Below the pieces are notes generated by a model, which did no database searches, was not told the origin of the DNA, and saw only the letters and a list, made by a program, of their open reading frames with translations. Positions 1 through 9,817 of a stretch of DNA of 64,000 nucleotides are shown here, piece by piece. Made by a program: the position numbers and the translations under genes. The DNA comes from Yuukianura sp. NJ FZ-2021. Taxonomy: Eukaryota. How positions within the stretch are numbered: position 1 is the stretch's first letter; every line of letters begins with the position of its first letter. The stretch is from NCBI GenBank assembly GCA_046563655.1, contig CM102285.1, forward strand, positions 8,866,001 to 8,930,000. Reading direction: 5' to 3'.

Positions 1-409
1 TGAAATCTGCATATAATGGGAATTTCAAAATTTAAAATTTGAAGGGGATCTCTGAAACAGAAAAAAAAAGTTGTATAGTTTTAGAGTAACTATTACCAGA
101 CGATTAAACGGCTCTTTGCTGGCTCGGCGAAGCCCCAGCAAGCATACACAGCATGTTGGTTGAAAGCTAACAAAAATCCAAGACGCAAAGAAGCCGCTTT
201 TTAGAAGGAAATGGCTTATAGTAAGTAGTCTCTATTAGAGCATGATTTTGTGTCTTAATTTGCTCTCAAAAATCTTTCAAATGAGCCAATGTTCAAGGTC
301 AGTCGTCAGAACAAATCTTGGAATTTAAATTTGTCTCATTTTGCAATAATAATGTATTTTTCTGATATTCAGAATTTTGTCGGATTCACCTAACCTAACC
401 TTTTTGGAA

Positions 410-850
410 TATAACGAGGAATTTGGAATAGTAAAACTTGACAATCAATCTCTAGGAATGAATGCGCCGTTAGCGCGAAAGCTAAAAGTGTAGCTATGAA
501 AGCGTTTGTTATTAGAATGAATTATAGTGAATCCCGGGAGCTTACCAGAATTACTGGAATTGATGGAAGATGAGCCGAGTTCCCATAAAGATTGCTTCCG
601 AAGCGTCATGCGTCTTGGAGATGTTGCAGGGCGAAGCCCGTTTAGATAAGAGGTAACATGAATAGAGCAAGTTATTCAACCACTTACTTGTTGGAAACTG
701 ACCCGAAAGCGTGTTGGGTCAAGCCGATAAATAGTTGTTTGGAGATAGTCCCCCCACAGTTCTTCCTTCTTCCAGAGCCGTTCAGACTTCCCCAGTTTGA
801 ACACGCCGTATCCCGTATCCATACCATGAGGCCTTGGTCTGGGGCCTGTC
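410..850 (-). repeat. Third (partial) copy of the ODC upstream leader exon plus the start of its intron
   Basis: Clear colinear similarity to 9690-10115 and 5030-5480 (for example the identical GGGTCAAGCCGATAAATAGTTG, and GTGAATCC..GAGCTTAC with a GTAAG donor on the minus strand). No ODC coding exon lies to its left inside the window. Confidence 0.85.
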
Positions 851-1473
851 TAAAAAGAAGAACAATTTATAGGACACACTCTTAAGTGGTCACAAAGACG
901 CAATTTTTTGAGGAGTCTGAAAAGGACTGTTTTCGAGAAAAAAAAACACACTACTGAAATTAGTCAGGGATAAGATTTTCAGCTACTAAATCAGACAAAA
1001 ACCTTGTTTTATTTAAAAAAAGAAGATTGTTTTCACACTCTAAAAATTGTATTTTCGTGCCCATAACTTTCTGTACATGTGTCCGGCCATAACTGGCTGT
1101 CCTTACATAGGGATCCGGTCATGCCCAAATTAACGGACTGCGAGGGACATTGTTTTTACCGCAACGTTTTTGCATTCAAAACAGAAACAGTAACGAAAAA
1201 CCTATTTAACAGCAAAAAGTAAAGCATCGACTGTAAAAAAGACGTTTTTTACGGAACACTGGTAAGCACAGAATGTAAAACGGCTATCGTTAACGTAGTG
1301 TGGTTACTGCAATGGACGCAAACCAGCGTTAAACCCACCCTTGCCTTGTGTTTTACCGTAATGTTGCTCCAAGTTGAGAAGAGTGCCTTGTGGACTAACC
1401 ACAAGTTGTGGTGAGGTCCGTACGGGGGTGAACGTCAAGCCTGAAACAGATACGCACGTATAGTTTGTGAACG

Positions 1474-1515
1474 ATATTTCAGATCAAGTTTGTATACAAA
1501 CTTGATCTGAAATAT
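1474..1515. repeat. Perfect 42-bp spacerless palindrome
   Basis: ATATTTCAGATCAAGTTTGTA followed directly by its exact reverse complement TACAAACTTGATCTGAAATAT. Confidence 0.95.
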
Positions 1516-2265
1516 TATATTTTTATAAAAGTATGAACATCATCAAAATCGTTTGTGTAACCTCACTGGCACCACTAATCAACTCCAAATGCATTGTTTT
1601 AACCAAACTGCGGTATTGAGCATATTCTATTGTATGGTAAGGTTATTTGAATTACTGGACAATAAAAACGCATTTTAACACGGCCACCGTCCGTGACATT
1701 GAAATTCAAATGTTGTTCAAACACGATACCAATATGCTTGCAATGGCTAGAAGTTGCAAATTGCAACTTGCTATTCAATGGATTGTTTTTATTTCTTCGC
1801 TTATTTCTATCCACCCAAAAATACGGTTCTACATGAAAAAAAAAAGCGGAAAGCTGTCCGCAAAAGAGTAAAACTTAAAAGTGCAAGGCACTGGAGGAAT
1901 GGTTGTGAAGGCGGTTTACAGTTCCAGAAATATTACAAAGAACACAACGATGTGCATCCTAAAATTGCCTTGAAAAAGCCTAACTGGATAAATCTATCTC
2001 AAATATTGGATCCTATAGGTTCGACTTTTCTCTGCTCAATAATTCCTGCCATTAGAAACTCTCTGTATTAATCCTCCATGGAAAAACAGTTTCATACTGT
2101 TTCGTTTGCGCTTCTGTGGGACTTCAGTCTGAAACGCGGAGGTCATCGATTAAAAGGATGAATCATTAATCGGATTCGATCGAGTTACTTTCACTCTCTG
2201 TGCCATCACTCAACTCGTCCAAAGACACTTTCATTTTGTTCCTGGGGTGGGAAAGCTCATCTCAC

Positions 2266-4845
2266 TCAATCTCGGTTGTCGCTGTCGGTTGAAGTGCAGC
2301 CAACCCTTCCCGTTTTGCAAAGCGGACCATCCGCCACAAATGGATTCTCGTATTCAAGCATTCCCTTCAAGGCGCTCCTAAAGTAGCACAAGCATTTAAA
2401 TTAGGTCACGAAGTCCCAACTTTCAATGAAAGTATAGTATGACATGGCGGTGGATGTGTACATGACCATGCGGGCATCTCCACTCACCAGGCTTCTTCAG
2501 TAACGATGTAGTGCACCTTTGACAATGGAAAACCGTTGAAAGTTCCGGCCTAAAACATAATATTAAATATTTAGAGTTCGTTTTAATCGTTCGAGATTAG
2601 CCAAAATGTTGCAAAAACTCACCGTTGAAATCGAATAAGCTCCCATGTCGTGGAACATAAGCCATTCTCCGAGTTCCATTTCCGGAAGGAGTACGCGTGG
2701 GCAAACGTGATCAAAACTATCGCAAGTTGGTCCCCATACTGGAAAATGGAAGTAATCCTCATGAATCAAACAACAAATCCTACCACTGTCATCAGCACTC
2801 GTATTTTTAAATGAAGATGAACTCACTAGAGCATTGAGCAGTTTCCTGTCGGCTGTCGCTCCGGTGCTAAAACAACAAAACTAAAGTTAAATCTCCCCAC
2901 ATTCGAGAAAATCCTTATATAAAAATAAACGTTTTGTATGAATAATCTGATTACTCGAAGTGTTTGAGGGCTAAGATCAGTATGCTCGGTGAAAACACAG
3001 TTGAAACTGCCGTAGACTCCATCATTGATGTAGTACATAAAGCACTTTTCACCCTTTTCATTTTTGCACTCTCTCAGTGAGTGGATTTGAGTGAAGAGAT
3101 GAAAGGCCGAAGCAACCTGGAAAAGCATTTGATATCTGATTGATTTCAAACGAATTAATCAAAGTACAATTATGAATCTACTTACATAGAAACGTCCCGG
3201 CTCTGCTAAAAACTCCACACCGCACCCCTCCGGAAAGAAATCGTCTATAGCAGAGTTCACGATATTGGCAATCTGGTAAGTAACAAGAAAAGCTTGAGCC
3301 ATGGCTTGAAGAAAATTATGTAAACCAAGAATATTCAGTGTAACGTTTACCTCAGTTATATCTGATCCAGTGTTCCCCGGGAATCCGCCACCAATGTCAA
3401 GGACGTTCATGTTGAATCCCAACTCATAGCCCACGTCGAAGAGCCACTTTGCTGAAGCGATGGCCCTACGAAAGACTGGAGGATCCATGCATCCCGTACC
3501 GACATGAAAGCAGACTCCGACTATGTTCAGTCCAAGCTCTTGGGCAGAAGCAAGAAGCAGCGGAGCGTCATCCAGCGACACTCCAAACTTCTTTCCAAGT
3601 AGTATTAGCGCTTTATCAGCGTCGTAACGAATTCGAATGAGAAGTCTAAAGAATCAAGTAAATGGAAGTTCTACTTATCACGAAAATGATGCCCAAGAAT
3701 TTTTCAAATCACTTTAGATATGATAATGGCATGGCAAGTTTTTATTCGGTGTACCCAAAACCCACGGAGTGTAACCACCACTCTGTATCTTCATATCCAC
3801 TGAGAAGGATACGAAAATACAATGAGCATGAAACACGATTTGTAATTGTAGCCACGGTATTGTATATTGTATAACTATTAATTAGCTAGTTAGGGAAAGC
3901 AGGGTGGCAGCTAACACTGCGTGGGTACAACGAATTGAGGTTTAGTTCACTCGCACAACGAAGAGAAAGTCTCAAAAGTTTTTATGTGAATAGTCACTGA
4001 TCATTCAGTTACCTTCCAAGCTTATCTTTCTGGCTGATCGATCATTGATCAACCAGAAAGATAAGGTTTGGAAAGTAATCTTACCTGGCAGTTGGATGCA
4101 GGGCTTTGATCTTGCGCAACTCACAGACATTGTCAAAGGTCATGAGCGACACATTGAATTTCTCAGCAGCCTGAATGTGGGAAGGTAGCTTGGTGGGGTT
4201 AGCAAAGATGATGCGAGATTCATGAACCCCGAGTCCAATGACCTTGGCCATCTCACCCTAAAGGACAGAGAACAGCATTCAGCAAAAGATCCAACATCCA
4301 AGAGCAGACATATCGTGAAGCTTTAATTGGACTCGAGGTTTCACGACTTCGGTATTGGCGACACAACTGAGACGTCGTCCTGATTACATTTTCAAATGAA
4401 TTAGAGCTGTAAAAAGTAGTTATTTACGTGAGACGCTACGTCGAATCCTGTTCCTAGTGCAGCAAGCAGCCGTATTACATTTTCGTCGTTATTACACTTG
4501 ACAGCTGAAATGAAAATGCCGTTACCATTTTAGACATTAGAATTTCAATAGTAATTCGCATAAATTAAAGTAAAGTTACCGTAGAACGGTTTGATCCTTG
4601 GCATTGCTGCAACCCATTTTTGGTGCTTCCGCGCAATGTCACCGAGGTTACATAGGAAAAACGCGTCATTTGGTTTCTATAATGCAGTGATACGGTCGAG
4701 ATAATTAATTAAATCGATTTGTTACTACTATTAAAAGACCATGTAAATTAATTTTTTGTTTTACCTTTTCTGCAATAAAGTCCCGAGCTAATGATTTAAT
4801 CTTTGAGCGATTTGGAACTATATGAATTGGTTGAGGGATTTCCAT
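2266..4845 (-). CDS. ODC: Ornithine decarboxylase-like paralog, divergent active site, C-terminally truncated (11 coding exons)
   Basis: Manual splicing gives an open frame MEIPQPIHIVPNRSK...PFYAVKCN...GFDVAS...FHVGTGC...DIGGGFPG...AEPGRFYV...[17 protein letters not shown]...WGPTCDSFD...MGAYS...FNGF...GCTSTDSDNRD*. Exons are approx 4845-4765, 4676-4580, 4504-4428, 4257-4085, 3645-3351, 3272-3186, 3116-2955, 2866-2827, 2738-2623, 2549-2488, 2377-2266, all GT-AG. Confidence 0.93.
4009..4078. repeat. Inverted repeat / hairpin (about 31-bp stem) in intron 4 of the left ODC paralog
   Basis: TTACCTTCCAAGCTTATCTTTCTGGCTGATC ... GATCAACCAGAAAGATAAGGTTTGGAAAGTAA; only the right arm has a counterpart in the other ODC copy (7908-7930). 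Confidence 0.85.
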
Positions 4846-5156
4846 TATTATAAAGTTTTGATTAATACAGGCTGATCGTTGAAGCGTTCTGTAAAAAAAA
4901 ATAAGGGAACCGCTATTCCATTAGACCTTTGACCAGCATTTATCCTAAATGCATTATACGTTAACTTGTCACTTATAGCGATTTCGAACTTCAAAATTCT
5001 AAAGATGTTTTTTGAAATAAGAGCATGATTTTCGAATTGCAAAACTTGTCCATACAATTTTTAGGAATGAGTTGATACCCGATACCGCGAACGAACGCTA
5101 AAAGTTTAGCTGAAATCGTTTCGTGTGGAATGAATTAGAGTGAATCCGGAGCTTAC

Positions 5157-5620
5157 TAGAATTGATAGAAAGATGAACCGAGTTCCCGTAACGTTAATTA
5201 GTTGGTAGATTTCTTCCGAAGAAGTGCCGTGTGCTGTAGAAATATTGGAAGGCAGAGCCCGTTTAGACGAGAATTATAAAGTGAATTGAGTAAAAGTTGT
5301 TCAACCACTTATTGAAAACTGACCTGAGAGCGTACTGGGTCAAGCCGATAAATAGTTGGTTGGAAATGTTCACTAGCCGTTTTTCCTCCTTCCAGAACCG
5401 GTTATGCAGTCTTCCCCAGTTGCGTTGCAAGCCGTATACCAGTGACACCATGACGCTTTCGTGTGGGCTACCCCAGGAACAAGGCATGCACGATTTGACG
5501 TAACAAAGGAGTTTGAGCGTCAGAGACTGTTTGCCATGTCAGCTTCGTAAACAATTCCGCGTAAGTTACGGTTTGATGATGCTGATAAACGCACTGACTC
5601 ATTCGCGGAGATTCGGCCTC
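5157..5620 (-). other. Upstream leader exon of the left ODC paralog (degenerate copy of 9818-10302), containing uORF 5263-5487
   Basis: Colinear with 9818-10302 with several indels; GTAAG donor at 5156 and a polypyrimidine-CAG acceptor ending at 4889, just before the ATG exon. Confidence 0.7.
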
Positions 5621-6312
5621 TCAAAAACTTCATCCTAAACTTTGTAGTTCCAAATCTTCTAAAATCTAGATTCTAGTTGAATTTTTCAGCTGAATCAGCC
5701 AGCATTCCAGCCTCTTCAACTTTAGTACCCGCTTAATCGTTAGAAGTTAACACTCATTTTAACACGTCCAGCGTCTGGCAATGTAAAGCTCGTTATAATA
5801 TACACGTCTTTGGTCACCCTTCGAAAGTATTAAACACAAAACCTAATATGTGGGAATGGCCGGAAGTTGCTATTTGAATTATTTTTATTTCTTTGCTTGT
5901 TTCTATTCACCAATACAGTTCTACATGACAATTTAAACCGATCTGACAGGATGTTCACTGTTTGAGTTTTGCGTAAAATTAATAAAACTTAAAAGTACGA
6001 GGCACTGGAGGAATAATTTTGAACGTGGAAATTGACAGTTACAGAAATAATAGAAAGAACAGAACGAAGTGCCTCTTAAAATTGCCTTAAAAAGGCCTAC
6101 GTTGATTAATCTATCTCAAATATTGGATCCTACAGCTTCGGCTTCGTTGGTCATGTATTCAGAATTCCCGTCATTACAAAACTCTCTGTATTTAATCCTT
6201 CAAAAGTAAGATGATTTTGAAATTCTGAGTTAAATATGAATCTAGAGCCTTTAAAAATGGCTCAAAATTGACATGGAAAAGAAGTTCTTTATCCTTAAGC
6301 TTCTGTGGGGCG

Positions 6313-8691
6313 TCAGTCTGAAACGTGGAGGTCATCGATTAAGGACGAAGCATAATCCGATTCGACTGAGTCAGTTTCACTCACTGTGCCATCACTCAAC
6401 TCATGTACAAAGGCAATTTCATTTTGTTCCTGGGGTGGGCAAGCCCACCCCACTGCATCTCGGTTGCAGCCCACCCCTGCCGTTTTGCAAAGCGGAACAT
6501 CTTCCACAAATGGATTCTCGTATTCAAGCATTCCCTTCACGACGCTCCTAAGGTAGTACAAAAGCATTTAAACAAGGTCACAAGTGACAGCTTTCAATGG
6601 AAGTATTATGTGACATGGCCATGGATGTGGACATGACCAAGAGATTTCCACTCACCAGGCTTCTTCAGTAACGATGTAGTGCACCTTTGACACTGGAAAA
6701 CCGTTGAAAGTTCCAGCCTAAAAGATAATATTAAATATTTAGAGTTCGTTTTAATCGTTCGAGATTACCCAAAATGTTGCAAAAACTCACCGCTGCAATC
6801 GTATAAGCACCCATGTCGTGGAACAAGAGCCATTCCCCGAGTTCCATTTCCGGAAGGAGTACGCGTGGGCATACTTGATCCAAACCATCGCAAGTTGGTC
6901 CCCAGACTGAAAATTTGAAAGGAAATGTTATCGTAATCTTTGTAAATCAAACAACAACAACAAAAATCAGCAGCAGCAGCATTTTGTAAATGAAGATGAA
7001 CTCACTTGAGCATGGAACAGTTTCCTGTCGGATGTCGCTCCGGTACTACACCAACAAAATCAAAGTCACATCTCCCGAAATTCCACAAAATACATAAAGG
7101 TAAAGTTTTTGTGTGAATAATCTGATTACTCGAAGTGTTTGAGGGCTAACAACAGCGTGATCGTAGAGAATGCAGTTGAAACTGCCGTAGACTCCATCAT
7201 TGATGTAGTACATAAAGTTCTTTTCACCCTCTTCATTTTTACATTCTCTCATTGAGTGGATTTGAGTCAAGAGTTGGAAGGCAGAAGCAACCTGGAAAAG
7301 CATTTGATATGTTATTAATTTCAAACGAATTAATCAAAGCACAATCATGAATGAACTTACATAAAAACGTCCCGGCTCTGCTAAAAACTCCACTTCCACA
7401 CCACACCCCTCCGGAAAGAAATCGTCTATGGCAGAGTTTACGACATTGCCAATCTGGAAAGAAAAAAGAAAAGCTTGAGCAATGGCATGGCTTGAAGAAA
7501 ATTATAATAAACCAAGAATATTCACTGTAAAGTTTACCTCAGTTATATCTGATCCAGTGTTCCCCGGGAATCCGCCACCAATGTCAAGTACGTTCATGTT
7601 GAATCCAAACTCATAGCCCACGTTGAAGAGCCACTTTGCTGAAGCGATGGCTCGACGAAAGACTGGAGGATCCATGCATCCCGAACCGACATGGAAACTG
7701 ACTCCGACTATTTTCAGTCCAAGCTCTTGGGCAGCAGCAAGAAGCAGCGGAGCGTCATTCACCAACACTCCGAACTTCATTCCAAGTTGACATTGGGCTT
7801 TATCAGCGTCGCAGCGAATTCGAATGAGAAGTCTACAAAAATCAAGTATCACGAAAATGATGTTCAAGACTTTGCCAAATCATTTAGGGTTGATGATTTA
7901 ATAAGTAAGAAAGATAAGCTTGGAAAGTAATCTTACCTGGCAGTTGGATGAAGGACTTTGATCTTACGCAACTCATCGACATTGTCAAAGGTCATGACAG
8001 ATACGTTGAATTTCTCAGCAGCCCGAATGTGGGAGGCTTGCTTGGCAGGGTTAGCAAAGATGATGCGGGATTCATGAACCCCGAGTCCAATGACTTTGGC
8101 CATCTCACCCTAAAGGACAGAGGAGAAGAGCGTTCAGCAAAAGATCCAACATCCAAGAGCAGACAAATCGCGACGCTTTAATTGGACTCGAGGTTTCACG
8201 ACTGCGGTATTGGCGACACAACTGAGACCTCGTCCTGATTACATTGTCAAATGAATTAGAGCTGTAAAAAATATGTATTTACGTGAGAAGCTACGTCGAA
8301 TCCTGTTCCTAGTGCAGCGAGAAGCCGAATTACATTTTCGTCATCGTTACACTTGACAGCTGAAAAGAAGATACCGATAAATTTTTAGATACACATATTG
8401 AGGTTTAGTAAATGGAAGTTTTTACCGTAGAATGGTTTCACTCTTGGCATTGCTGTAACCCATTCATGATGCTTCCGCACGATCTCACCGAGGTTGCACA
8501 GGAAGAAGGCGTCCTCTGGTTGCTATAAGTTTAGACAACAAAGATTCAATCGTGATAATTAATTTAGTCCATTTGTTACTACAAAAAATTAAATTGACTT
8601 ATTTGTTTACCTTTTCTGCAATAAAGTCCCGAGCTAGTGATTTAATTTTGGAGCGATTTGGAACTAGACGAATTGGTTGAGTGATTCCCAT
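6313..8691 (-). CDS. ODC1: Ornithine decarboxylase, canonical (11 coding exons)
   Basis: Spliced frame [15 protein letters not shown]...PFYAVKCN...[11 protein letters not shown]...FHVGSGC...DIGGGFPG...EPGRFYV...[18 protein letters not shown]...WGPTCDGLD...MGAYT...FNGF... with an acidic tail ending DDLHVSD*. All eukaryotic ODC signature residues are present. Confidence 0.97.
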
Positions 8692-9817
8692 TGTTCTAAA
8701 GTTTTGAGTGACACGTTGAACTTTGAAGTATTCTGAAAAAAAATAAGGAAACTGTTACTCCTTTGACCTTTGACAAGCATTTGATATCCTAAATACATTA
8801 CGCCAACTTGCAGCCAGCCATTAAGCGCCTGTCGTCGTTAATAATAATTTTATTGGTTCCTTCACACAAATGATGAGTCAATGACAAGAAACATGACGCT
8901 TTTGTCTTTCAAGCACAGCGTCGTCGGCGTTTCTTGTGCCAAATATCGTTTTTGAGTATCTTTTGTAACATTAGTTATTGAGAGAGATCATTTTCTTACA
9001 TCCTAAGGTCATAAGGTCGTTGAAATGTTGACACAATGTGACCTTCCTCAGTAGCTATCTGCTTAGACAAGACAAAAGCAGATAGAAGAAACGGAACAAC
9101 GAACGCTTACGAAAATCGCTTAAAATTGACCTCAATTTCTGCAGCTGTGGCATTTTCGAAATTTGAACTTTGATTCGTTATTCCTTTGTTCTTTGAATCT
9201 TGAGTTACTGATCTCTATACTAACTTTGTGTCAGCATTTACCAACATGACACAATGAAGCACACGGTTTCGACTTTAGAACTTTAGACTTTATTCGAACA
9301 TGAATATTCAATATTCGCAAATTGCAAATTACTTTCTGCTTGGCAAGCTATTCTGCATTGCATCATGGCGGTTCGTGCGCCCCATGAGTATGATTCAAAG
9401 CACATAATGGCAGAACATGACAATAAATTGTCTAATCTTTCGCCAAGGAAAGTTTCGAGTTGCAAAAATTGTATATTGTGCAATGTTAATGGAACGTTCA
9501 TGCTTTCTGTCCCAAGCAACGATACATTGACCCTGTGACTATCTAACTGAACCAGTCGAGATTCGAGTGCGATAAACTTTACTGATTTGGCATAACCTCC
9601 GTAGCGGAAAAGTTTCTTGCCAAATTTGTCACTTACAGCGATTTCGAAATTCCAAAATCACCAGAGATTTTTTTGAAATAAGAGCATAAATTCGGAATTG
9701 CAAAACTTCACCATTCAATTTCTACAATGAATGCGACGTTACTGCGATACTGCGAATGCTAAAAGTATAGCTGAAATCGTTTCTTATAGAATGAATTAGA
9801 GTGAATCCGGAGCTTAC

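Noticed and set aside
850..1400. Possible Tc1-like end (about 1057-1082) and TTTTACCG-rich repeats
   Set aside because: No partner TIR or TSD could be identified; probably decayed repeat DNA, but not classifiable.
2266..4845. Left ODC copy as a pseudogene
   Set aside because: All 11 exons splice in frame with GT-AG sites and catalytic residues intact; lesions are confined to the dispensable tail. Not fully excluded without expression data.
8110..8283. Conserved ~170-nt ODC intron as a snoRNA host
   Set aside because: Other introns are similarly conserved between the young duplicates, and no convincing C/D or H/ACA boxes are visible.
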